Assembly: GCA_965153455.1 (NCBI GenBank)
Contig: OZ234494.1
Location: forward strand, 12,772,001 to 12,836,000
Source: Sphagnum compactum
Taxonomy: Eukaryota
DNA: 64,000 nt
Direction of reading: 5' to 3'
A program made the position numbers and the translations under genes. Below the pieces are notes generated by a model that searched no databases, was not told the origin of the DNA, and was given only the letters and a program-made list of their open reading frames with translations. Shown one piece after another: positions 1-13,200 of this stretch (position 1 is the first letter of the stretch; every line of letters begins with the position of its first letter).

Positions 1-2755
1 AGATTGCCTCCAATTCAGCTGGTGCAACCTGTGCAGAAAAGTACAAGGGAGGTGAATTCCACAACTCGTGTCATTTGCCACAACATTTCAGCAAGCAATT
101 TCTTTTGTCTTAAGAAATGACATCATTTGAGCAACTGTTCTTCCAGTCTTCTCCATTGCAAAATAACAACAACAAGAGTCCTTCTCAACACCATTTTTGG
201 AAATGCATCACCAAAGGCAATGATCAATTTTCCCCTTACAAAAAAATTCCTTTCACCCACAATATGCAAATCACCAGAAATGTCTGCCACCTAACAAAGA
301 CAGCAATCAATTTCTTTCCCCTTATAAATAAAAATTCCTTGGACCCATGATATGAAAAATCACCTGGAAACCCTTGTATTTGATAAGTTCCTTGATGCGG
401 TCCACAACAAAGAGGCAGCCATTGCTATCAATGTAAACCAAGTCTCCTGTGTGTAGCCAACCCTGTTTGTCCAATGTTGCTGCTGTTGCTTCCGCATTGT
501 TCAAATACTCTATTGTTGTTCCACCACACCCAAAATTGCCCAAAACCCCAGTGCACAGAAAACATAATCATCATCAAATGTGAAAGTAAGACTGTGCAAA
601 ACCATAGTAGCAAGCAAGCTGGCTGCAAGATAAGGATCAATTGAAAAATTGGATAAAGAATATCCAAACAGCTTCCATGGACAAAAGGAAAACAGCAAAA
701 AAAAATTATTAAAAAAAAAAAAAAAACAAACAAACAAACCAAGCAAGGAAAGAGGAAGAGAAGAGACGACAAAATTGGCATTGAGCAAGCATCCAAACAG
801 CTTCCATGGACAAGAGAAAAACCAAAAAAATAAAAACACCAAACAAACAAACTGAGTAAGGAAAGATGAAGAAAACAAAGAGACAAGGGAATTGGCACCA
901 AGCAAGGATCCAAACAGCTTCCATTGACAGAGGAAAACAGAAAAAGAAACAAACTGAGCAACTAAAGAGCAAGAGAAGAGAAAGAGAAGAGAAAGAGACA
1001 ACAGAATTAGCACTGAGCAAGCATCCAAACAGCTTCCATTGACAGAGGAAAACAGAAAAAGAAACAAATGAGCAACTAAAGAGCAAGAGAAGAGAAAGAG
1101 ACAACATAATTAGCACTGAGCAAGCATCCAAACAGCTTCCATGGACAAAAGGAAAACAGAAAAAAGAAAAGAAACTAAGCAAGGAAAGAGGAAGAGGAAG
1201 AGAAGAGAAGATGCTGATGATTGCATGAATCCCAAGTGATGTTGCAACAGCAGCAGCAGCAGCAGAGTAGTGTGGCATCAGTTTGACAGAACTGTGAAGC
1301 AGAAAGTTATGCAGAGAGGAGGAGGATCAGTTGTGAAGCTTCCTTACCTTGCATAAGAGAAGGACCGCGTATCCAAAGCTCGCCTGTGCAGTTAGGGGGA
1401 AGAAAGCGACCCGTCTCGACATCCACAACCATGGCTTCGAGCATGTTCACCAGCCAGCCAGCAGATCCGTAGCTCGATTTCAAGTCTCGTTTCCTGTCCT
1501 TGCTCACTGGAATGGTGCTTGTTCCCATGGACGTAGACTCTGTCAATCCATATCCCTAGAAACAACATGGAAACAAGCACAAAAGTCCATGTTCAGCGGC
1601 GTTTTTGCAAAGCGCCGGTCCTTCGCACAGAGAGAGAAACAGAGAGCGAGAAACTAGAGAAGAAGAGAGATAGATACCTACCTGGTTGATAGTTGCGTTC
1701 GGGAACTTTGCAGCGCAACGTTCGGTCAGTTCCTTACTGAGAGGTGCTGCGCCGCAGGCGATGTTGGTGACGGAGCTCACGTCGTATGCGTCCATCACGC
1801 CGGGTCTGCAAAGAGCCAAGACGATTGGGGGAACGACGGGAAGACTCGTGACTCTGTACTTTTGAATGGTTTCCAGCATCTCGAAGATGCCGAACTTGGA
1901 CATGACGACCACTGTCGCACCGCGTCGAAGATCGGCGCATCCCATGAGAGCCAGCCCAAAGACATGGAAGAAAGGAACCAGGCCCAGCACCACCTCATGA
2001 GGCGGAAGGTCTCGGAATTCGTTGATTCCATCAGTAGCTATGATCTGAGCTGCGATGAAACTCTTGTGCGTGATGACGACGCCCTTGCTTGCTCCTGTGG
2101 TTCCCGAAGAATATAACAGCGCTGCGGTATCCGTCTGTCGAATGCGTACTCTCGGTGCTTTGTCTGGATTTGTTGCCAAGAGCTTAGAGAAAGGAGTGAA
2201 AGACAGTTTGTTGTTTTTGTTTTCTTCTGCTGCTACACTCGACGATGACGATGATGGATTCTCCAAGAGAATCAAACCAAGAAGACTCTCCAAGCCTTCC
2301 ACCTTGCTCACCAACTGAGGGATGGTAATGAGAAAACGCGTGCGAGAGTCGCGCATCTGCTTCGCGATTTCGTATCGCGTGTTCAACGGATTCACGGTGG
2401 TGACGACGGCTCCTATGGATGTGATGGCCATGAAGATCACCGGGAAGAAAATCGAGTTTCCCAACAAAACCATCACCGTACTCCCTTGTCGCACCCCGAG
2501 CTCCGCGAGACCCGCAGCTATGGAGCGCACGGTAACACCAAGCTCCCCGAATGTCAGCTGCTCCCCTGTCTCGGCATCCACCAACGCCGCCGTGTTCGCC
2601 AACTGCGGGTCTCCTGCTTTCCCCGAGAACAGAAACGTCACTAAATCCAACTCCGCTTGCTTGGGCATATACAGCTGCGTCCGTAAACTGCGATAAATCC
2701 CATCACTCCCATACCCACTCCTCCGATCCATTTCAAACCCACTCACCAAATCCAT
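1..2755 (-). CDS. 4-coumarate:CoA ligase-like (4CL-like) acyl-activating enzyme; 3' end lies outside the window. Exons 2755-1682, 1555-1348, 509-364, 28-1
   Basis: AMP-binding box [14 protein letters not shown], plus PFFHVFG, CGAAPL, QGYGLTE, GELWIRG, GWLHTGD and [23 protein letters not shown]. All introns are GT-AG with consistent phase. GELWIRG rather than GEICIRG points to the 4CL-like clade, not true 4CL. Confidence 0.93.
650..1210. repeat. Intronic tandem repeat, 5 copies of ~103-129 bp
   Basis: Core ATCCAAACAGCTTCCAT recurs at 662, 791, 908, 1023 and 1126, separated by variable A/G-rich segments. Confidence 0.85.
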
Positions 2756-5716
2756 TTTTTGCGCACCAACAAAATTCAAAACAATCAACCAAAAAAAAAT
2801 CGAGCCCGGATTCTACCTCTCTCAATCTACAAAAATCCACGATCTGTAAACAATTGCAGTCTAAGCCAAGGATCCGCGATGTGCAAAAACTACAGAAGCT
2901 AAAGATTTTGACAACAAACAACTCTCTTTTCGTTTCTTTTCTATTCTTTTCTTTCAGACAACAAGGATTCCGTTGGTTCTGCAACTCGGCGAGATGAGAG
3001 AAGAGAGAGAGAGCTGCAGAGGGATTTAAATTTGCAGCCGGCTGCTTTGGCAAAATGCAGCAAGATGGGTGTGAGATTTATAAGAATGAATCAATGTTTG
3101 GAAAATTGGGAAGGAGCGCAAGAATCAACATGATTCTTTCGCAGTCATCTTTTCAGAAAAGTTTTTCTTTTGGATTCTAGTCCTACCTTTGCTTACGTCT
3201 GCTTTAACATGATCACGATTCTTCTTTTTCTTCCTCCTCCTCTTGTCCTTGTGCGTGTCCGTCGCCGTTTGCCTCTTCAGCGTCGCCATCGCCGTCTACT
3301 TCTTCAGCGTCGCCGTCGTCGTCCGCTTCTTCGTTTTCATCTTGTTTTTTTCAGGATTTTTATTTATTTATTATTTATTTATTTAGGTTTTGTTTCTGGG
3401 TGTTGTGATTTTGTGATAAGTGACATTCTCTTTGACAAAATTTTGTTGGCTTTTCCACCAAATAAAACTGGGAAGATTTTGTGAATTTTCGTTTTTTTTT
3501 TAATAAAAAAAAGACTAAAGTCGACTAATTTAGGTTATTTTGGAAACTCATTCGCCAAATTTTTTTATACTGCAAAGTTGAAATTTATTTTAATAAAATT
3601 AAAAAATTCAAACAAGCTCCTAGTTGTGATCATGCACCTATTGTTGCTTTGACAAAAGCCCCCAAAAACAGAGTTTCCATCCAAGAAAAATTTCCCCTAG
3701 AATTTGAGAAATCCATGATCCAGTGTATTTTATTTTATTTTATTTTCCTTCATTTTGTGACGTAGCCGAATCATCCACAAGACAGGTTAACCATATGTAG
3801 CCATAAATATGATAGGAAAGAAAAAAATAGTTCTTCACATTTTTGGCTAAAGACAAGAAACCAATCCAGAAATCTTGCGAAATTTCAAATTTGGGGGGTT
3901 TTTTTTTTTGGGGAAATTTGGCGACTAGGATTAATCGGGGCAAAATCATGCATGCCAAATACCCCAACCAACAAAAAGGGCTTCAAATTCCTTTTGGGTG
4001 GTATTTAATTGTGTTTGTGCAGACAACTCGGTAATTTCCTACTCTTTTCTTTCTTCTTTTGGGTATCTTTCTTTGAGGCTCAAGAGTGAGTGTCGGCGGC
4101 GGCGGCGACGGCTGCATGCTGCCGCTAGCGCCACCAGTTTTCATTTTCAAGTCTGTCTGCGGCAGGCTACATACATCAAAGTTTAGTCCGGCTTCTTTCA
4201 AAAATTGCTATAGAAGTTCAAGTCAAGTAAATTGCCATAGAAGTTCAGGTCTAGTAAAGAGACTTTGTCTAAGAAGCAAATTAAAATGCTAGGCTTTTTT
4301 TTTTCAGTGTAAAAAAAGTCTTCAAGTCATGAGATGAGACAAATGCACACACACACACACGGACCGTGTAATAATTCCTCACTTTTGATGGACATTCAAA
4401 GAAAGTTCGTGGTTGTGTGTATGTTCTTGCCATGCAACTTTTCTTGACCAAAGTTACAAATACATGTCACCAGACTTGTTGAAAAACGAATGCATGTGGT
4501 ACCTACGAATTTTGGAATCTTTTGAGCTCGATAGAATCAGATGTCAAGATTCTCTTCACAAGCTTTGTCCTTGAATGGTTTTACGTCGTTGTTGGGGTGG
4601 TGGTTCCTGTACGAGTGTGTTCTCCTGAAGGAAGGGCACCCAAGGGTGTTCCCAAACCGCAGGAGAACCTTCGAGTATAGGAAGCTCCCATTGACATAAA
4701 CAACTCTCTTTTGATTTCATCACTTCTTCCATTGGGAATATGTAATGTGGTAACATATAAAATTGGGGAGCTCCCTTGGCATCACACCCTCGGGTTCTCC
4801 TATTGGGGGAGATCCCTCAAAATACACATAGAAAATAAAAAGGAAGTTGTTTACGAAAGGTTTGACTAAATAGTAATAATAATAATATTATTGCTCGTTA
4901 GTGAAACAACTTACCCCTCCCTATGGGGTTCAAACTTGGCAGGAAATAGTGAAACATTCCGATTTTCTAGGTCCTATAGCAACACAAGTATCGATGGTGG
5001 AGGACAAGAATTGTGCAATTGGAAAAATCATGTAGCAATCTATAAATAAGCTCTGAATAGAGTTTGATAAGGGGTATTTGCCAGTTTTGGTCGGTTTTGG
5101 ATTTTTAATTGGGTCTGAGTTTGGATTTGGGTTTGAGAACCAAATTTGATGAGTTTTTCATGGACCTAGAATCCATCAACCTAGTCAAGAATTGAATTGA
5201 TGAGTTTTAAAGGTTTTTTATAGGGTCCGGGTCATAGGATTAGGTAGGTGTTAGGGTCTTAGGAATAGGTAGGAGCTAGGATCTTAGGTTTAGGTAAGGT
5301 CCAAGGTCTTTTAAAGTTCTAAGGTCCTACGTTTGAATTCTAGGGTCCTAGGTCTTAGCTATAAACTTCAAATACATGAGAGCATCTCCAATAGCGATGA
5401 TCTTTAAACAAATATGTTGTGATGTTCCTTATGTTCACTAGAGGAATGAACGAGGCCTATGTGGGTGGAAACCAATGTTGGGCAGATATAACTTTTTTTT
5501 TATATCCGTCGATTTCGGTTATTCGCCTATCTGTTATCTATTGGTTTCAATTATTTTTAATTTTACTTTAAAATCTATTGTAATATCCTATAAGGATATC
5601 ATTAAAAAAAATCTAATGACGGATTTCAATATAATTAGATATCCGTCACCATTAATATTCGTTGGATAACCTAGCATTTTGGATAATAAGATTTTTTTTC
5701 AAAAGTATTTTACAAA

Positions 5717-7955
5717 TTACAAGCCCAAAAGTTCATCTTGTTCAAATTCACTTTCATATTGTTCTATTTTTTTCTCTAAGGCAAGATTAACTTCAATCAA
5801 CTCTATCAAATTAGAAGGTGAACTACAACCCACCCTAGGATCACTAGACCAATTTTTACAAACAAAAATTATTTTATCTAAATTATTTGATTGTAAGTGA
5901 CATTTCCTCAAATTTGTAAGAATTCCAACCAATGAAAAAAAAAATTCAATTTCTATCTGAGAACTAATAAAGTTAAGAATTTAACAAACAAGAAATGCCA
6001 CAGTTGGAAATAGAGACTTATGTTTCACCCATCATTCTAAAGGACATTTAATGTCCTTGACATCCACTTGAAACCTTCTAAACATCAACTCCTTGTTCAC
6101 CACTTCTTTTGTTGGCTCATTCATTTTAGCAGACATCTCAAAAATGTCCAAGCTACTTTCTTCATCAATTTGCATATTTGCCACATGTCCAAATTTTGCC
6201 ATAGGGTGGGGGTGGAAGATGTGGTAGCATCTCAAAAGCATAGGAAATAATGATCGTTGGTCATACTCTTCCACAATGGAAACAACTTGCTTTCGACCAA
6301 TAAGAAATGAAACTAACCTCAAACTTTTAAATCTAGGATTTAACATCAGGGACAACATGTTATGTGCTTTATTTCCTTCATACTTCTTAAAGAATGAAAG
6401 AAAACCATTTAAATCATCACATACTTCTCTTCTATTGTTAGATGTAAACAGTGATAATTCTTAAGCTACAACAGAATCAAGCTCGTAATGATTGTTACAT
6501 TCAAAGCATTAGAAAATAACCAATGCCCACGAGATTGGTTCAACACATAAGCATTTACAACTGAAGACAAAACATCAACAATTATTTGAGATATGTGCCA
6601 ACTTAAAAGTAGAAGGACATTGCTAGTAACCCTCACTACAGTTTATCAACTATAACATAGGATAATTACTGCCCTAAATTATAATGCCTCTTGGAATAGG
6701 ATGATTTTACTTGCAAACTTATAGAAGTACATCAACGATCAGCAAAAAAAACTTACAATTAAAATAAACCAGAAACAATGAACTTCCAAAAATGGAACAA
6801 AAATTAAATATCTAAAAACCAAACTAACCTTGTTTTCATTGGAATGTTTAGTTTCTTGGGTCTCAAACCAGCTTCAATGCAAGCTCTGTTCCATTCTTGA
6901 CAACCTTTACTAAATTTCTTTGGCCAAGTAATGCATTTTTGCAAATCTACTTAGGTAGATTTACCAAACACATATTTCAAGTTCTTAGAAACTTTGTTAT
7001 TAGTTGTGGTATATTGGCACGCTTTGGCAAAAACATGACCAAAACAGGTTCCCTAAAACCTTTCTTCCAAACCTAAAGTTTCACATTTATTAACAAACTT
7101 CAAAACATTGGTCAATGTATTTAAATTTGAACCCTCATCCTTCACATATGCTATGATTTTATTTCTTAAGCCATATGCATCTAAAAGTTTAATAAGATTT
7201 CTAGCCAACGCTTGTCTTGTAGTTTCAGCAACTTCAAACAAACCAAAAGTAACATGTTTTGGTTTCAATCAAATCCTAAAAAAATTATGACCAAGACAAT
7301 ACATCATGTGCATCTTTGGACATTCATAAATCAAAACTAGCGGTAGCACAATTACAATCATTTAGCAAAGGCAAAACATATGTTTTCTTAATTTTCTCCA
7401 CCAATTCAAGCAAAACAATGTTTGAAATTAATTTTCGAGAAGGGAATTGCACATGAGGACATAATTGTAAAACTAAATGCTTTAACCACACACTCTCCAA
7501 AAATTGCAAAGGCAAATGATTTTTCACTATTAAAGTGCAAGATTTTCCACAAACATTTTTTGATCCACATCATCCTTTTTGAAGGGCTTTTTTGAAGCAA
7601 AAAATTTAGATATTAAAGAATTGGAAATAAGAAACCTTTCCTTTGTAGATTGTTTTTTAACATTTTATTTCCCTTGATTATTAATTTCTTTTTGAAACCT
7701 TTTATAAATTGCTAAATGATATGCATCAAGATGTTTCTATAAACATGTTATGCCACTTGTTTTATAATATGTTACTAGACCTTTCTTTAACTGTTTTTTT
7801 GAATTCACATAAACAACATGTTGAAAATGATACAATAAACAACGCATCATTTGAAGAACATCCAAGTTTACTTTCGGGTTCTCATTAACATAATAAAAAG
7901 ACCAACAAAGTGCATTTTTATTATTAGGATGGCATTTTTTTCTTTGAGTTTGCAA
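5717..7955 (-). pseudogene. Fragmented hAT transposase
   Basis: Collinear broken ORF pieces: CWSF...MRCLLY (BED-finger-like), ATASFDL, KHVTFGLFEV, IIAYVKDEGSNL, LMLNPRFK, and PLE*WVKHKSLFPTVA (hAT C-terminal dimerisation-like). Many stops and frameshifts. Confidence 0.82.
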
Positions 7956-8599
7956 TTGTTACAAAATTTGTTTAATTTTCTCTTCATTAGATTCTCCTAA
8001 CATTCTACTTACTTCAATTTGCAAACTTGGATTTTCTCTTTCTTCCCTTATTTGATTAACTTCAATGTCATCATTTATGCATATTATATATTATTCAATT
8101 TGCATTGTTTGATTATTAAATTCATTTAACCCTTTCATTTTGCACAATTGTCTTACAAGGATAAATGGTGGTGAAACTAAGAAAATAAATACAAATGTTT
8201 TGTTGTGTGATGTGATGATAATGTTTTTATGCACAATTAAATATGATGCAAAACATTTACAAATAAGCAAAAAAAGAATACTACAATACAAGTAAGCAAA
8301 GATAAAATTGTCAGAAGTACAAGGGTTTATGTTTGTGTCCAAAACATTTTAACAAGCCTTGCACCACAAACCAAAAGTCAAAAAAATTAAAACAAAAAAA
8401 AGGAACAAAAAACATGAAATTAAAAAAAAAGGAAATAAAAAAAGGGAAAAATTACAGGTTTTTGATTCTCAACTCTTGACCACTCCCAATTTTTGCAAGA
8501 AGGAATGAAGGGCGGTAGTATGAGATTCTTCAATGAATAACAACACACCAATAGCAGCAACATGAAAAGGAAAGCAATAGTGCGAAGAACCTTGTACCT

Positions 8600-9030
8600 A
8601 AAATAGAAAAGCAATTGAAAAGGATAGCAGCAGGGCGAAGAAGAAAGAGTAGAAGGGTGAAGAGGAGAACAACAACGAAACACGATAAGAGAGTAGTAGT
8701 GCGACATGAAGAAGAGAGCAACAACGCGAAGAAGAAAGCAGCAGGGCGAAGAGGAGAACAACAACGTGAAAATGATAATAACAACATGAAAATGAGAGCA
8801 GCAGCACAATGTGAAGAGGAAAGTAGCAAGGTGAAAATGAGAGCAACAACATGACGTGAAGAGGAAAGTAGCAAGGTGAAAATGAGAGTAGCGACGTGGT
8901 GTGAAGAGGAGAGCAGAAGCACAAAGAGGAGAGTAGTAGCTTGGAGCGAAAAGGATAATGGCAGTGTGAAGAGGAGAGCAGAGTGTGAAGAGAGGAGAAG
9001 AAAGCGCGAAGAGAAGGAGAAAGTAGAAAG
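8600..9030. repeat. Degenerate purine-rich tandem repeat inside the hAT element
   Basis: Recurring (G/C)GAAGAGGAGAGCAG/GTGAAAATGAGAG units. These explain the spurious Leu/Phe/Ser-rich ORFs on the minus strand. Confidence 0.7.
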
Positions 9031-10129
9031 TGGGGCCCAAGCTAAGCTTGAGCCCCATTTTATTCTAGATTTAGAGTTTTTTTTTTAGGTCTAATGGCAA
9101 CACCCACAATAGTTTTTTCCCTTGTAATGGTCAACACCGACGCCCACAACCCTTTTTTTCATTGTAACGGCCTACATTGGCGCCCACAGTTTTGTTTTGA
9201 TCCCCCTAACAACCTACACCCTAAACCTAAATCCCTCTCATATCCATATCCGGGCATGGATTTAATATCTGCCCTGGATATCATATTTTCAAAAAATATA
9301 TGTCCGAATATTATATGGCTGGATATCATTATTTTGATATCCAGAGATAAGGATATCATTTCAGATATCCGGTCAGGGTATCCAGATTTTCAGGATGTCC
9401 GCCCAACAGTGGTGGAAACATGGAGACCATTATTGATTAAATGTTCCCTATTGTTGCGTTTGAGAACATGTTGAGGAATCCTTTGAAAAACTTTAAGAAC
9501 CCATTGAAAAGTAAAAGGAACACAACATGAAAACAATTTAGGAACTTGGTGAGAAACACATTGGGAACACCAAAATCACTTAGAGAAATCAACTTTGGAA
9601 CAGTCCCGAAAAATAAGTCGAAACTGGCCTTCACCTAAACCTAGAATTAAACCTTCTTATCAAGGTTGGACCAATCAGACTAGAACCATTGGTCAATAAA
9701 ATTGAACTCAACCCCAAAATTGCCGAGTCTTAATAATACACCTAAATTGAGAGAGTCTTCCATTCTTTTAACTCAAAAACCTCTCTAAAAACCCGAACCC
9801 AAAGGTTAGGCTAAAACCAAAAACCCTTTGTGATAATGTGTTTTTGGTAAGGCCAGATGTCATTCCATTAAGGGGTACGGGTTCTTACCAGGTCCTATTC
9901 TTAAAATGTAACCAGTGTTCCCCGGCCGTGTTCCCCATGGTTGATTCAAATCACTACAATGTTCCCCATCACTGCAGTGCTTTCTTTACCCTACAGTCAA
10001 TTTCGTCATTAAAATAATGTTTTCAAATAGTGAAATGAATTTTTGGGAAAATAAGAAGTTGAGGTGTTGGAAAGGATCATAATTATATCATCAGGCCTAT
10101 AATTAGAATAGTTTCACTACTCATATTAG

Positions 10130-10260
10130 AGTTGGACGGATGACGGGATGCATGAAATGTCCATCCGGTTGGATGACGGGACGGATTAAGGGGAAGCTTC
10201 TGACGTCCTCGCTATATTTAGCTACTGTCCGTAGCTACTGTCCATCCGGATTAAGGGGAA
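10130..10260. repeat. Fragment sharing the internal repeat of the Helitron at 58950
   Basis: GACGGATGACGGGATGCATGAAATGTCCATCCGG closely matches the units at 59225-59390. Confidence 0.7.
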
Positions 10261-13200
10261 GCTTCATTCTTCTTTTAATATATGTAATAATCATAGTAGA
10301 TCATGGAATAATAATAATAATTTCAAATTTGTAAAAAACGAATTAATTTTTGAAAAAAAATTAATTTTCTTCGTCCATGTGGAAACTGACCCTAGGCTAA
10401 CAGTAAGTGGTTTTTGTTTTTATTTATTTTACCCAACCGTCCAGTCCATATCTTATATATAAATTCACTACGTCCCTGACGGAGCTCGGGTTTCAGGCCA
10501 ACCGGGCCCGGCGCTAATCGGAGGGCGGAATTTCCTGTTCCCAGTCTGTGCGCAAAGCTATTGGAGGAAATTAGGTTACGACATTCTAGCGCGGAACGGA
10601 GACCCGGGATAGCCGACGTCAAGAACGGGGTGCCGGGCCGGGTCCGGTCCGGACTGTGTGTGACGGAGCTCGGCAACTTTTGCTCCAGAGAACACCCACT
10701 GAGGGAAGTTATCAGCAGTCACTTTTCGGAAAGTTTTTGGTATGGTCGTTGCTGATTTTGGGTACTGTAGCTGTGCAAGATTACAGAACATCATTAATTA
10801 GCATTAAATGATGACGGTCCTACTCAGGCTATAGCATTTTAAAAAAATTAAAAATATGGCGAATTTAGTAAAACAATGCAGGGGCGCCTCACAGTGACCA
10901 AAGGTCAGAGAGGAAAGTAGAAAACTTCATATTGTTGCCCACATATAATACCTTATGCAAGACATCACATTTACAATCATGAAACCCTAATAATGGCAAA
11001 AAGAGAAAAAACCCAAGCAATGGAATAGAGAATTTAGGCACCGCATAAAACTGGCCCAGTTCCCAAAGTGTTGACATAGCCATAACAATTTTTAAAATTT
11101 TTGACATTTCAAACAGGTAATTAATTTCTAGAAATTTTGGCATTTCCAAAAATAATTTAATTACCACGGAACCTGTAAAGGTCCTATGGTAGGTGGCGTA
11201 ATACAAAGAAATTAGACCTTTTTTTCCCCCCATGAACTTGGCAATTAAGAAACTCAAAAACTACTACAATTTTTGCCAATTTGATTTGATTTGATTTTTA
11301 AAAAATTTCCATTTGGCAAAATTTTGCCAAAAAAAAAGAAAATTGGTCCAAAATTTAAGAAGGAATCATAATTGTTAGATTTTCAATTGAAATCTATACT
11401 TTAAACTTTCCTCTAGCTTTGTTTATTTACATTTTCCAAGCTTGGGCACAAGGACATCCATGACACGCATATATCAAATTTTAAAATTAATATAAAGTTT
11501 TCCTTGGTCTAAGAGTTATTTCTTGAATTCTTTTGATGAATTCGACCACATTTGGTTGCATGAAAAGAGAAAGAATCATAAAATATACCTCCCAAAAAAA
11601 ATTCAATAAAAACTTCAAAATAGTTGCTTCAAAATTCTTATATTTTATTTCAAAAAAGGAATGCCCTGAGGAAGTTTTATATATATATTGCTCTTCATTT
11701 ATCCAAACTTACAACACCCTATAATTGCCTCCCCGTAAAATAGATTTCATGGTTAAGCGGTGGAACCATAGAAATGGGTGAAGTAAAAGAATCGAATATA
11801 TGATCAAATTTTTGCTAACAAAAATTATGGTGTAACGAATTATGTTTGTTTGACGTGTGAACCCTACTTGCACATTTTCAAGGCCTTGGGTTTCATATCA
11901 ATATGGTTAGTCTATGTTAGAGGCTCACAAAACCTGGCAAAGAATATGTGATAAAGCAAAAAAAACATGACTTTTTAATCAAACAATATGGTATAAGTAT
12001 TGGGAACATGAAGGAAGGAACAATGGAAACAACATCGTCAACTACATATGTACACAATTCAGGGTTTTACTTTTTCAATTTTGTGATATCTAAAGTTTGG
12101 CAAAAAAATTTCCAACAAATTTTTCATTGCCAAAATTTTCCCAATTTTTTCTTTGTCAAAAAAAATAACAAAAATTGTCAAGCCAAAAATATGGGTGTAA
12201 ATATGGGTATTATAAGTCCAAATCAAACGTGCTGTGATTGATATACATCGGGTCGGCTTTCGGTCTTCATGGATGACGCTTTTGGGGGGTGGGGGAGGGG
12301 GGCGGGGAATTGATCCTTTTGTCAAAGGGAGAGAGACGGAAGTTACTTAGCCTACCAACCCACTAATTTTATCATTTTCAAAGTTGAATGAAACGCGGTA
12401 GTGGACCATGGGGTAGGATGTTAGGTGGCCGGGAAAGAACCCATGTTGTTGTTGTTGGGGGCAAAACCTGAAAGGCCAGGGTAAACCAGCACCCACTTTG
12501 GTACCTTTACCGTTTTGAGTGAGGCCTCTTAGTGGCCATATTAAGCCCCAAAATTGTCATATTTCAACTCAGAGAACCCCTATTTAGTGTCATTCATATT
12601 AATTATAAGTTCATGGGTGCACTTGCAACTTTTATTTATTTTGAAGGAGCCATATTAATTGGCCCATCATCATTGTTTTTGGAACGTTGGGCATGCCCCC
12701 AATAGAAGCACCGCTTCGGACCCCCCCAGTTGCAAAATAGAGACAAATGGATTCCCCCCACAGCCTACCTTTTCAATTTATGTACATGAGAGTTGAGCTT
12801 TGGGTAAACCATATGGGATAAAATTGAGATGTTGTTGGGAACGCCTTCAGGAACAACTTGGGAACTTGGGGAATTTCAAAAGAACGTGATGAGAACATGT
12901 TGAGAACACAATGGGAACATTGAAGAAAAACAAAAAATAACATGGACAATGAATGGGGGGTTTTCTATACTATGGACAATGCCAGAATGCTTGCCCTCAA
13001 TTGGACAACAGAGCATATTTTGCCACAAGCTAATTTTTAAGGGAGAAATTTGTGAAGCCACCTTCATTTTTTTTATAAGCATTTTCTTGGCAACTGGTTT
13101 TTTATTTAATGAAGCCCATTTGGCTACTTTGTTTTGACAATTTTTGTACATTTGGCAAAAGTTTAATTTTTAGATTTAAAATTATTGGCAATAGTTCAAC

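Larger units (their letters stand above)
5473..9411 (-). mobile_element. Degenerate hAT-superfamily DNA transposon (3939 bp)
   Basis: Left TIR CAATGTTGGGCAGATAT matches the reverse complement of the right end, CACTGTTGGGCGGACAT, at 14/17. Perfect 8-bp TSD GTGGAAAC at 5465-5472 and 9412-9419. GATATC/ATATCC-rich subterminal repeats at both ends and transposase remnants inside. Confidence 0.92.

Noticed and set aside
428-1278. 177-189 aa hydrophobic ORFs
   Set aside because: They are translations of the intronic tandem repeat in several frames.
8420-9088. 212-aa and overlapping ORFs
   Set aside because: Low-complexity repeat inside the hAT element, open in several frames, with no domain motif.
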